Positions 47,390-56,323 of a DNA stretch of 64,000 nucleotides are shown piece by piece (positions within the stretch are counted from its first letter, which is position 1; every line of letters starts with the position of its first letter). The DNA is from Candidatus Latescibacterota bacterium. Its GTDB lineage: Bacteria > Latescibacterota > UBA2968 > UBA8231. The stretch spans positions 2,464,001 to 2,528,000 of the forward strand of contig OZ244561.1 of NCBI GenBank assembly GCA_965217585.1. Direction: 5' to 3'. Below the pieces are notes generated by a model. It made no database searches. It had not been told where the DNA came from and was given only the letters and a program-made list of their open reading frames with translations. The translations under genes and the position numbers were made by a program.

Positions 47390-48043
47390 ATGGCCAATAT
47401 CACCCGCATCCTTTTCATCGGCAACAGCTTCACCGCGCGCAACGATCTGCCCGGCCTCCTCGGCCAACTCGTCCATGCCGGCGGCAAGGGCGAGCTGGAA
47501 TGCGAACTCATCAGCGCCGGCGGGGCCTCGCTCCGAATGCACTTGAACAAAGGCGAGGCGCAAGAGCGCTTGCAGGCATCCGGCTGGGATTACGTCGTGT
47601 TGCAGGAGCAAAGCACCCTGCCGGTGAAAAACCCCAAGCGCACCGGCGAAAACATCCGCGAGTTCGACGCCATAATTAAAGCGGCACAGGCGCGGACGGT
47701 ACTCTACATGACTTGGGCGCGGCAAAACGCTCCCGAGACCCAAACCGATTTGAGCGAGACCTATATCGAAGTGGGGCGCGAGACCGGCGCGACCGTCGTG
47801 CCCGTGGGGCTAGCTTGGCGCGATTGCTTAGCGGCCCATCCCGATATCGTCCTGCACGACAAGGACCAAAGCCATCCCAACCTCGCCGGGTCCTATCTGG
47901 CGGCTTGCGTGTTTTACGCGACGCTCTTTATCGGTCGGGCCAAGTCCATTCCCAACATCGACATTGACCTAGACGCCGAAACGGTCAACGCCCTCCACGA
48001 AGCTGCGCTGGCAACGATGCGCACCTACGGCGTCTCCGCGTAG
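47390..48043 (+). CDS. SGNH/GDSL hydrolase family protein
   Basis: LFIGNSFT, WDYVVLQEQS, DQSHP. Confidence 0.88.
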   Translation: MANITRILFIGNSFTARNDLPGLLGQLVHAGGKGELECELISAGGASLRMHLNKGEAQERLQASGWDYVVLQEQSTLPVKNPKRTGENIREFDAIIKAAQARTVLYMTWARQNAPETQTDLSETYIEVGRETGATVVPVGLAWRDCLAAHPDIVLHDKDQSHPNLAGSYLAACVFYATLFIGRAKSIPNIDIDLDAETVNALHEAALATMRTYGVSA

Positions 48044-48056
48044 AGGAGTTCCCCCT

Positions 48057-48509
48057 ATGAGTGCATTTGCAAGCGAGTACTACCTGTGGCTCAAAGCTAT
48101 CCACGTCATCTTCGTCATCGCTTGGATGGTCGGCATGTTCTATCTGCCACGCCTCTATGTCTATCACTGCCAAGTCACCCCTAACTCCGAAGCCGACGAG
48201 ACCTTCAAGGTCATGGAGCGCAAGTTGCTGAGGGTGATTATGAATCCGGCGATGATCGTTTCTTTTATTACCGGCATTCTGTTAATCATCGCCACCGGGG
48301 CCGGCGCGCCCGGCACTGGCTACTGGATGCACATCAAGTTAGCACTAGTGCTTGCCATGGGCGCCGTCCACGGCATGCTCTCTTCCTACCGCAAGGCTTT
48401 TGAACGCGGAGAGAACCAAAAGAGCGAGCAATTTTTCCGCTGCCTCAATGAAGTGCCCACTGTCTTGGTGATCGCCATTGTAATTCTAGTTGTGGTCAAG
48501 TTCATCTGA
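48057..48509 (+). CDS. hemJ: Protoporphyrinogen oxidase HemJ
   Basis: YLWLKAIHVIFVIAWM..FYLPRLYVYH, MERKLLRVIMNPAM, NEVPT. Confidence 0.93.
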   Translation: MSAFASEYYLWLKAIHVIFVIAWMVGMFYLPRLYVYHCQVTPNSEADETFKVMERKLLRVIMNPAMIVSFITGILLIIATGAGAPGTGYWMHIKLALVLAMGAVHGMLSSYRKAFERGENQKSEQFFRCLNEVPTVLVIAIVILVVVKFI

Positions 48510-48607
48510 GGATGGGGGAATCGGCGCGCTCCCTGCTTGATTCAGAGCCTCAATTTCCTTATACCATCGCGGTGAATTTCCGCGACCCATTTATCAAGGA
48601 GAAACTC

Positions 48608-49585
48608 ATGAAATCACTCACTTCGGCGATCCTCGTGCTCGCCCTGTCCCTGCCGTGCTTTTCCCAGACCCGCGAACAAGGACCTTGGTGGCCCTCGCAA
48701 TGGGGGGCCGACGACCAAGCCGGCGCATCCAATCGCATTACCGCCGCAACCATCCTCAAGGCCGTACAGCTAGTAAAGACCGGCAAGATGTACGAGCTAG
48801 GCCAGGTTTACGAGCGCGGCATGCCGCTGTTTGGCGAGCGCACGTATGCGATGTTCATCCCCGGCTCGCCCACTGGTGGCCCCTTCGGCGAGAACAATAT
48901 GCTGATGTACCACGACGAGTTCCTCTGCGCCGAAATCGGCCAAGTAGGCACTCAGTTCGATGGGCTGGCCCACATTGGCACGCGCATGAAGATGGCCGAC
49001 GGCTCGACCCAAGACGTGTTCTACAACGGCGTTACTGCCGATGAAATGGCTGGAGCTTACGGCGTCACCAAGCTGGGCATTGAACATGTGCGTTCCTTTG
49101 TCACCCGCGGCGTGCTCATCGACATTGCCGGCTACAAGGGCGTCGAGCACCTCGACCACAGCTATGAGGTCTCCGTCGCCGATATCCGCGGTGCGCTCGC
49201 AAGGCAAGGGATCGCCGAAAGCAGCATCCAGGAGGGCGACGCCCTGCTCTTCAACTACGGCTGGTCCAAGCTGTGGAAGGATGCTGAAACCTACAACACC
49301 AACCCGCCCGGCATCGGCATGGAGGCCAGCGAGTGGATCATCTCTATGAAACCCTCGATGATCGGCACGGATCAGTGGACCACCGAAGTCGTGCCCGGTC
49401 CCGACCCCAAGCAGGCCTTCCCGGTCCACCAAGAACTCATCCCCAAGAACGGCATCTTCAACCTGGAGAACATGGTCTTTGAAGAAGTGTTGGCCGACGA
49501 GGTGTACGAGTTTCTCTTCATATTCACGCCGACCCGCTTCAAAGGCGGCACTGGATCGCCAGGACGGCCGATCGCCATCCACTGA
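48608..49585 (+). CDS. Exported cyclase / kynurenine-formamidase-like metallohydrolase
   Basis: Signal peptide; WGADDQAGASN, QVGTQFDGLAH, TRGVLID, NLENM, GGTGSP; AAGGAG RBS. Confidence 0.88.
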   Translation: MKSLTSAILVLALSLPCFSQTREQGPWWPSQWGADDQAGASNRITAATILKAVQLVKTGKMYELGQVYERGMPLFGERTYAMFIPGSPTGGPFGENNMLMYHDEFLCAEIGQVGTQFDGLAHIGTRMKMADGSTQDVFYNGVTADEMAGAYGVTKLGIEHVRSFVTRGVLIDIAGYKGVEHLDHSYEVSVADIRGALARQGIAESSIQEGDALLFNYGWSKLWKDAETYNTNPPGIGMEASEWIISMKPSMIGTDQWTTEVVPGPDPKQAFPVHQELIPKNGIFNLENMVFEEVLADEVYEFLFIFTPTRFKGGTGSPGRPIAIH

Positions 49586-49598
49586 ACTGGAAATGGAG

Positions 49599-49628
49599 AA
49601 CCCCGCGTCGAAAGGGCGCGGGGTTTTT
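49599..49628 (+). terminator. Rho-independent terminator
   Basis: AACCCCGCGTC-GAAAG-GGCGCGGGGTT stem running into a T tract, just after the cyclase stop. Confidence 0.75.
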
Positions 49629-49646
49629 AACTGCCCAAGACCATCT

Positions 49647-50753
49647 ATGAAAGCATCCCAAGATCCAACTCCAGCCAGCCGGCTGCACGACCTCTTGCGC
49701 CCGGAAGTCCTAGCTGCCTTCGACCGCGCTTTCTTTGAACGGGAAGGCTACTGGGTCTGGGAGGGCGTCCTGACCGACGCCGGGCAACAGCGCTGGACGA
49801 CCAGCTTGCAAAAGCTACAACGGATGAACGACGCCATTGTAGTAGGTGCCGACTGGGCTACCGTTGACTACGCGAGCCGTGGGTTGCCCGAACCGTCACC
49901 GGAGCAGACGACTCCTGAGTTCTTGGCCGCCTGTTGCGGCGGATCGGAGCAGATGCGCTTTATGTCGTCGGAACTCCGCGCCTATATGTACGAACAGGGG
50001 CTTTTCGGACCTGGTTCCGCGCCGGTCGCGGCGGAATTCGAGTGGCAGGGGATGATGCCCGAATACTTTCCGCTCGCCTACGACGATTTTATCCTCGACG
50101 TCACCACCAGGCATCCGCAGATGATGGAACTGTTCGGTCGGCTGCTCGGCGAGCGCTTCCTGATCGACCACTGCCTGATGCTCAACCGGCCGGCAGGATC
50201 GAGAGGGCGGCGCTGGCACGCGCACCCGTATCGCCAAGGGCAGTACGAGGTCGAAAGCGAAATCGGCGGCGGTCGCGCGCTAACCACCCAATTCCTAGCG
50301 CAGCAATGCGTCCGCACCCTGTGCTATCCCGAAGGGATGGGGATTGGAGATGGGGGCGGTGAGTTGGCCGTTATCCCCGGTTCCCACCTCTACCGCATTC
50401 CCTATCGGTGGAATTCTACGAGACCCGAATACGACGACGAAATGCAGACCGGCTGGATGACGGGTAAAATCCACGCCTTTACCGGCGAACCTTTGCGGAT
50501 TGAGCGCTTGTCGCTGCCGCCCGGCAGCATGGTCTCCTTCGTCCACCATATGCCGCATCACGTCGGCCACCGCGACCCGGATGCTCCCACTCGCTGGGGT
50601 CTGCTGATGGCCTACCGGACGCCCGACCCCAAAGCCAGTCCGGCCAAGTGGAACGAAGGTACGCCCACCCATTGGGCCGAGCACGTGGAAGAGGCGGGCA
50701 GGCTCACCCCTGCAATGCGCCGGATATTCGAGGGAGACCGTTCTTTGGCTTAG
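49647..50753 (+). CDS. Divergent PhyH-like protein (HxH motif)
   Basis: FFEREGYWVWEGVL, RRWHAHPY, LAVIPGSH, PPGSMVSFVHHMPHHV. Confidence 0.75.
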   Translation: MKASQDPTPASRLHDLLRPEVLAAFDRAFFEREGYWVWEGVLTDAGQQRWTTSLQKLQRMNDAIVVGADWATVDYASRGLPEPSPEQTTPEFLAACCGGSEQMRFMSSELRAYMYEQGLFGPGSAPVAAEFEWQGMMPEYFPLAYDDFILDVTTRHPQMMELFGRLLGERFLIDHCLMLNRPAGSRGRRWHAHPYRQGQYEVESEIGGGRALTTQFLAQQCVRTLCYPEGMGIGDGGGELAVIPGSHLYRIPYRWNSTRPEYDDEMQTGWMTGKIHAFTGEPLRIERLSLPPGSMVSFVHHMPHHVGHRDPDAPTRWGLLMAYRTPDPKASPAKWNEGTPTHWAEHVEEAGRLTPAMRRIFEGDRSLA

Positions 50754-50872
50754 GGGACTAGGGGACGCTTCATCCTTCACTCCGATGTGCAAGCTCATAG
50801 CGGCTAAGACTGGCGTTTAATACCTGCAAAGTTCTATACTATCGCTATATCGCATCCACGAGGAGATACTCC

Positions 50873-52831
50873 ATGATCGGTTCCTTGCTCCTTGCCCTCG
50901 CACTGTTTGCTCCACCGTTACTAGCCGATTCCACCGGCGAGTGGCGCTCGTACGGCGCGACCACGGCCAGTACCAAATACGCCCCTTTCGACCAGATAGA
51001 CGCCACCAATTTCGCCCAGCTAGAAATAGCTTGGACTTGGGCCTCAGCCGATCAGCCTATCCTCGACGCCCATCCAGAAATCTGGACCATGGTCTTTGAG
51101 GGCACGCCCCTCCAAGTCGGCGACAGACTTTACGTTAGCACCTCGCTCAACCAAGTCGCCGCCCTCGACGCCGCAAGCGGCAAAACAATTTGGACCTACG
51201 ACCCGGGCACCTGGAGGTCGGGCACGCCAGCCAACGTCGGCCTAGTCCACCGCGGCGTCTCCTACTGGGAGGACGGCGACGACCGTCGCATTGTCTTTGG
51301 CACCGGCGACGCCTATCTCATCGCCCTCAACGCCGACACCGGCCAACCCATCCAGAGCTTTGGCGACGGTGGCCGCGTCGATTTGACCAAGGGCCTGCGG
51401 CGGCCGGTCGCACGCGAACTCTACGCGGTCACCTCGCCGCCGGTCATCTGTGGCGACATCGCCGTCGTCGGCGCGGTGGTCCTCGACGCCTTTGCCGTTG
51501 GCCGCCCGCCCGACGAGACCATGCCCCCAGGCGATGTGCGCGGCTTCGACGTGCGCACCGGCGCACAAAAGTGGGTCTTTGAAACCATCCCACAGGAAGG
51601 CGCCTTCGGCAACGAGACTTGGGAAGATGGCTCGTGGAAAAACACTGGGAACACCAATGTCTGGACCCTGATGAGCGCCGATCCCGAATTGGGCTACGTC
51701 TATTTGCCGGTGAGCACCCCGACCAACGACTACTATGGCGGGCACCGCCCTGGAGACAATCTCTTCGCCGAGAGCCTCGTCTGCCTCGACGCCGCTACGG
51801 GCGAGCGCGTCTGGCACTCCCAGACCACCCACCACGGGATGTGGGACTACGATCTGCCGGCTGCGCCCAACCTCGTCGATATCAAAGTCGGAGGTCGGGA
51901 AATCAAGGCCGTGGCCCAAGTCACCAAACAGGGCTTCTGCTTCGTCTTCGACCGCCAAACGGGCGAGCCAATCTGGCCCATCGAGGAAAAACCCGTACCG
52001 CAATCCGACATTCCCGGCGAAAAGTCCTCGCCCACCCAACCCATTCCCAGCAAGCCAGCCGCCTTCGAGCGTCAGGGTCTGACTGAAGACGATTTGATCG
52101 ACTTTACGCCAACCCTGCGCCAGATGGCCAAGACCATCGCCGCCGACTACAGCTACGGCCCGCTCTACATGGCGCAGACGGTGGAGAGCATGAATAAGAA
52201 GGGGACGATTCTCGTTCCCGGCATTATCGGCGGAGCGAGCTGGGCCGGTGCTGCGGTCAATCCCCACAAAGGCATAATCTATATTCCGTCCTATACGTTC
52301 CCGGCCGTGCTGACCCTGACCGAAGCTACTGACCCCAACGCCCCCTTCCGCTATACCGGCGGAGTAGAATTCGGCCCTGACGGCCCGCGTGGCCTGCCCT
52401 TGCTCAAGCCGCCTTACGGCCGGATCACCGCCATTGACCTCAACACCGGCGAGCACCGCTGGCAGGTCCCCGTGGGCGAGGGGCCGCGCGACCACCCCAG
52501 CCTTGCCCATCTCGACCTGCCGCCCTTGGGCTGGGCACAGCGCAACTTCCCCATCATCACCGAGAGCTTGCTCTTTGCCGCGACTCAGGCGCAGTGGGAC
52601 GTAGTCAACAACTCGCCCCGAGGCAACGCCGTCGAGGTCAAGATCAATCCCAATGCGCCCTATCTCTGGGCCTTCGACCCGGACGACGGCGCGCTGATGG
52701 GCAAAGTCGAGTTGCCGCGCAACGCCTCGGGCCAGCCCATCACTTATATGGTCGGCGGCAAGCAATACATCGCCATCCCCACCGGGGGGGCCGACCAGCC
52801 GGCCGAGTTGGTGGCGCTGAGCCTGCCCTGA
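50873..52831 (+). CDS. PQQ-dependent (quinoprotein glucose-type) dehydrogenase, exported
   Basis: Signal peptide; RGVSYW, TSPP, PGDVRGFDVRTG, NVWT, HHGMWDYD, PPYGRITAIDLNTG, PITY. Confidence 0.93.
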   Translation: MIGSLLLALALFAPPLLADSTGEWRSYGATTASTKYAPFDQIDATNFAQLEIAWTWASADQPILDAHPEIWTMVFEGTPLQVGDRLYVSTSLNQVAALDAASGKTIWTYDPGTWRSGTPANVGLVHRGVSYWEDGDDRRIVFGTGDAYLIALNADTGQPIQSFGDGGRVDLTKGLRRPVARELYAVTSPPVICGDIAVVGAVVLDAFAVGRPPDETMPPGDVRGFDVRTGAQKWVFETIPQEGAFGNETWEDGSWKNTGNTNVWTLMSADPELGYVYLPVSTPTNDYYGGHRPGDNLFAESLVCLDAATGERVWHSQTTHHGMWDYDLPAAPNLVDIKVGGREIKAVAQVTKQGFCFVFDRQTGEPIWPIEEKPVPQSDIPGEKSSPTQPIPSKPAAFERQGLTEDDLIDFTPTLRQMAKTIAADYSYGPLYMAQTVESMNKKGTILVPGIIGGASWAGAAVNPHKGIIYIPSYTFPAVLTLTEATDPNAPFRYTGGVEFGPDGPRGLPLLKPPYGRITAIDLNTGEHRWQVPVGEGPRDHPSLAHLDLPPLGWAQRNFPIITESLLFAATQAQWDVVNNSPRGNAVEVKINPNAPYLWAFDPDDGALMGKVELPRNASGQPITYMVGGKQYIAIPTGGADQPAELVALSLP

Positions 52832-52850
52832 TAACGGAAAGACCGTGCGC

Positions 52851-52952
52851 ATGAATTCCCCCCTCTTCCGTCTCGAGGCCTCCTCTCCGGCCGACCTAGA
52901 ATCCTTCCACCAAGACGGATTCGCCGCCATGCCCCAAGTATTCATTTGGTAA
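52851..52952 (+). pseudogene. Truncated 5' relic of a PhyH gene paralogous to 56324..57142
   Basis: MNSPLFRLEASSPADLESFHQDGF..* versus MNSLFRRQAPSAADLDSFHQDGY. Confidence 0.75.
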
Positions 52953-52998
52953 TCACCAGCCATCTCCGTCGCCGCTTTAGTACTCTCCGTCCATCCCA

Positions 52999-54282
52999 AT
53001 GAACTTTTTTCGCGGCTTCTCGCTCAAAATCACCTGTACCTTGCTGGTGTTTGCCTTGGGCTTTGCCAACTCGGCGCTGCTGGCCGGCCAACTAGGGAGG
53101 GAACAGTATGGCGTTCTAGCGGTATGGATCAACATCGTCATGCTGGGATCACTGTTCTTGGGGGACTGGCTCAACAAGGGGAACATCTACATAGTGGGGC
53201 GAGAGCGGGCGCGGGAGGCCGCGATCAATCACACCCTATTATACGGTCTCACGTTGGGTGCCCTCCTCTTGCTGAGTGCCCCTTTTAGCCTGAAGATCGC
53301 CAACTTTTTGCTTCCCGGCATTACCTTGGTCCAATGGGTCTTGGGCGTCGGCGTAATTGCGCTCACCGTGCTGCAAAACGCTGGACTTTCCATCCTTTTA
53401 GGCGAAGACCGGCTCAAGCTCCACGCGCTACTGCCCGTGATTTTCATAGTCGTCTATCTAGGAGGCAACCTAGTCCTTTTTCAGCTAGGGGACTTCCGCT
53501 TGGAATGGGTGATGGGGATCTGGATAGGAGCGGTAGGGGCAACGGCACTGGCGGCTTTTGTGCCTTTTCTGTACAACAGCGAGTTCCGCTTTCACTGGGG
53601 AGGGCGATACTGGCTGAAGCAGATATTCCGAGTTGGCTCGCGCGGCGAGGTTTGTGCGGTGCTCATCTTCTTGATGCTCAAAAGCGACATCTTCTTGATC
53701 CGCTACTTTTTGGGAGAGGAAGAAGTCGGCGTGTACAGGGTGGCTACGAACTTTACGGACATGGTGCAGCGCGTGCCCAACGTTGCTTCCCTCGTCCTCC
53801 TCGCCAAGATAGTGCGCGGTCAAGACAGCACGCGGCTCTCCTTGGGCGTCGCACAGGGGGTATTTGCATTTGCTCTCCTTTCGGCTGTTGGCTTGGTCCT
53901 CGGCGGACGCCCGCTATTGAGCATTTTCTTTCCCTTGTATCCAGATGCCTACGCGCCTCTTGTTTGGCTGTTGCCCGGCATGTTGTTTTTGGGTTGCGGG
54001 GCCGTGTTCAACGCCAAGCTAATGGGCGAGGGCTACCCCTCCATAACCCTCTGGGCACCGGGCGTCGCGCTGGCGGCCAACTTGGCCCTGAACCTATTGT
54101 TGATCCCCAAGCTGGGCCTGCGCGGTGCCGCCCTATCTACTTCGCTCGCGTATGCGTTGTGGGGCGTGCTGACGGCCTCTTATTACTTGCGTCTAAACCG
54201 GCTGGGCTGGCGGGCTGTCTTCGCGCCGCCCTCTTTTGGGCAAGAGAAAAAGCCGGCGGCGAAGCAACCACCATCCGTATGA
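52999..54282 (+). CDS. Polysaccharide flippase (Wzx/MOP superfamily)
   Basis: LGREQYG, DIFLIRYFLGEEEVGVYRVA, LNLLLIPKLGLRGAALSTS; about 12 TM segments. Confidence 0.88.
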   Translation: MNFFRGFSLKITCTLLVFALGFANSALLAGQLGREQYGVLAVWINIVMLGSLFLGDWLNKGNIYIVGRERAREAAINHTLLYGLTLGALLLLSAPFSLKIANFLLPGITLVQWVLGVGVIALTVLQNAGLSILLGEDRLKLHALLPVIFIVVYLGGNLVLFQLGDFRLEWVMGIWIGAVGATALAAFVPFLYNSEFRFHWGGRYWLKQIFRVGSRGEVCAVLIFLMLKSDIFLIRYFLGEEEVGVYRVATNFTDMVQRVPNVASLVLLAKIVRGQDSTRLSLGVAQGVFAFALLSAVGLVLGGRPLLSIFFPLYPDAYAPLVWLLPGMLFLGCGAVFNAKLMGEGYPSITLWAPGVALAANLALNLLLIPKLGLRGAALSTSLAYALWGVLTASYYLRLNRLGWRAVFAPPSFGQEKKPAAKQPPSV

Positions 54283-54548
54283 AGGAGATATATAATATGA
54301 GAAGCGGTTACAATAAGACCAATCAGATCGTGGGGATAGCGGCCGCAACTTTGCAACGACTTATGGAAGAGGATATGGATTTTATAATCCCACTAGGGGT
54401 GAAACTCGAAGACAATGGGGATATATTCCTCGCAGAATTTCCCAAGTGCAACTCAAAAGATGTGTTGCAGCTAAACTCAAAACTCGTAGCCTCTTCAGTT
54501 GTGAAGAAAGCTCGATATACATTGGTTCCCAAGCCTCCGAAGTGGTAA
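54279..54548 (+). CDS. Short low-GC ORF convergent with the methyltransferase; possible remnant of a restriction endonuclease
   Basis: 89 codons; GC drop begins here; stop abuts the MTase stop; no recognisable catalytic motif. Confidence 0.4.
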   Translation: MKEIYNMRSGYNKTNQIVGIAAATLQRLMEEDMDFIIPLGVKLEDNGDIFLAEFPKCNSKDVLQLNSKLVASSVVKKARYTLVPKPPKW

Positions 54549-55865
54549 CTAACTGTTCCATCGCAAAAGAACAACCTCTTCTCGTAAATGCTCTTGAGTC
54601 GCTGTAGAGAACCGCGTACGAAATAGATCGATGTCCGTTACTTCATAGCCAAGCTCTTCCGCTATACTTGCTAAAAGCTCTCCCGTGCGAATTAAAATCC
54701 TGAAGAAAGAAGCCTGATCTCCGACGACATAAGCGAGCTGGGCACCCGGTGCTAAAACTCGTTTTAATTCTTCTAAGTGGCGCACCATACCTCCAAAATA
54801 CAATCTCACTACTCGAGCATAGAGTTTTTCAAACCCCGACGTTTTTCCCAGCTCTATCCTACGAGCTTCTATTCGATCCGCCAACTCTTGTATACGTTCA
54901 TTATCTTCAACCCAGTTCTCGTCTGTATCTGCTTTATACACTGCTCTAGTATTGGATCGAAGCAATTTCTGCTTTTGTCGACGCAGATCGGCACGATTGT
55001 TTATATAACCAAGTAAAACAGATTCAAGACGAGTCGTTCTCGTATAATCTTTTTCATTGGGATATGGAGGAGAGGTTATAACGGCATCAAACATCAACGG
55101 CTCTAAGCAGGGATCTACGCTGCGGGAGTCCGTAAGTTTTACTAGCGATGGTACACCTTTATAGCGCTTGATCTGGGTATGGCATAAATCATTAGCCATA
55201 TCTTTTATGCCCTTTAACCAAGGTGCAATAACCGGAGCATCTTCTTTCGGCTTACCAACTCCAACTTCTGGCCCAAAACGCAAATTACTGATACTGTAAA
55301 CTAGCTGTTTAGCAAGTGCTAACCTTTCATGTGCAATTAGATGTTCATCTGAATTTTTATTTAGGTTATTTATGAGTGTAAGAGCTTTATGGAGTGGTTT
55401 AGGGCTTATGGAGTTTTTGATGAGCAACGATTCTAATTGAGGGTCTAAGGGCTTTAGATTCATTTCGTCGCCGTTAATATAGGGCTTGAAAATAGGATCG
55501 TCTTCAATACCTTCTTTTTTTAATTGAGCCTCTACTTCTTTAGCAACACCCCTAGCATGTCTAACCAGCTTATCGGGATCTATATCCCATAGTACCTTAG
55601 TTTGAGCGAAGAACTGCACCACAGGATTGGCCTCTAAGCCTGCACTAGGGATACCATTCTTCTTGCACTCAACTATGGTTGTTCCCGTACCACAAAATGG
55701 GTCCAAGACCCAGTGGTACTTTGTCAAGCCAAACCTTTCAATGTAGTTACGAACCAAGTGAGGCGGATAGGAAAGAACAAACCGATACCATTCGTGGACA
55801 GGCAAATCTTCTGCGTAAATTCGATTTAATTCTTCCCCGGTTTTATTTTGCACTGCATATACCAT
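54549..55865 (-). CDS. DNA amino-methyltransferase, probably N4-cytosine, alpha-type motif order
   Basis: Motif I LDPFCGTGTT precedes motif IV ITSPPY; low GC; start at ATG 55865 or TTG 55907. Confidence 0.9.
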   Translation of the reverse strand: MVYAVQNKTGEELNRIYAEDLPVHEWYRFVLSYPPHLVRNYIERFGLTKYHWVLDPFCGTGTTIVECKKNGIPSAGLEANPVVQFFAQTKVLWDIDPDKLVRHARGVAKEVEAQLKKEGIEDDPIFKPYINGDEMNLKPLDPQLESLLIKNSISPKPLHKALTLINNLNKNSDEHLIAHERLALAKQLVYSISNLRFGPEVGVGKPKEDAPVIAPWLKGIKDMANDLCHTQIKRYKGVPSLVKLTDSRSVDPCLEPLMFDAVITSPPYPNEKDYTRTTRLESVLLGYINNRADLRRQKQKLLRSNTRAVYKADTDENWVEDNERIQELADRIEARRIELGKTSGFEKLYARVVRLYFGGMVRHLEELKRVLAPGAQLAYVVGDQASFFRILIRTGELLASIAEELGYEVTDIDLFRTRFSTATQEHLREEVVLLRWNS

Positions 55866-55890
55866 TTCTTTACCTTTCTCAATCTTGGAC

Positions 55891-56148
55891 CTAAGCCTTG
55901 TCTTCAACAGAAGAGTCTATCGTTTCGCCGAGACTGTAAACGGGAGCCAATTCGCCGATCATATCACTCATCTTCTGTCTTTCAGATGAGTTTGCCAACA
56001 ATTGATTAAAGTCCGCTAAACTCATTATGATTGCTTGAGATACATTGCGTCGTTTGACAATATATCTAGTCCGATCCTGAACGACTGAGTCTATTACCTG
56101 GCCAAAGTTATTTTGAGCTTTGGTCGATGCTATGACTTTTGTTTCCAT
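55891..56148 (-). CDS. Phd/YefM family antitoxin-like DNA-binding protein
   Basis: IASTKAQNNFGQVIDSV..RYIVKRRN..AIIMSLADF is a Phd/YefM N-terminal signature; AGGAGA RBS. Confidence 0.85.
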   Translation of the reverse strand: METKVIASTKAQNNFGQVIDSVVQDRTRYIVKRRNVSQAIIMSLADFNQLLANSSERQKMSDMIGELAPVYSLGETIDSSVEDKA

Positions 56149-56168
56149 AGAGTAAATATCTCCTGATT

Positions 56169-56220
56169 TAGGTATATTAGCTAATATAGCTTATATACCT
56201 ATACAATATGTCTCTGTCAA
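56169..56220 (-). promoter_or_regulatory. Promoter with 33-bp palindromic operator candidate for phd-MTase
   Basis: TAGGTATATTAGCTA-ATA-TAGCTTATATACCTA (15-bp arms, 1 mismatch) at 56169-56201; minus-strand TTGACA at 56220-56215. Confidence 0.7.
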
Positions 56221-56323
56221 GACCCTGATGGTAGAACCAGAAAGGTAGCCTCCCAATCTCCTAGGATAGGACGAGTTGCGAGACGCTGCTTCGCACTCGG
56301 TAGCTAAAGACTAAGGAACCGCC

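Noticed and set aside
51242-52999. 585-aa minus-strand ORF and many other long antisense ORFs (e.g. 211-1164, 60507-61394)
   Set aside because: Shadow frames of well-supported genes in GC-rich DNA, with no motifs of their own.
53334-54548. 404-aa ORF suggesting an overlapping gene or frameshift fusion
   Set aside because: The first 315 codons are an off-frame read of the flippase; only the part from ATG 54279 looks coding.
28445-56148. Fic and Phd as a Phd-Doc toxin-antitoxin pair
   Set aside because: They are about 26 kb apart, and the Fic has its own inhibitory motif and a canonical Fic (not Doc) active site.
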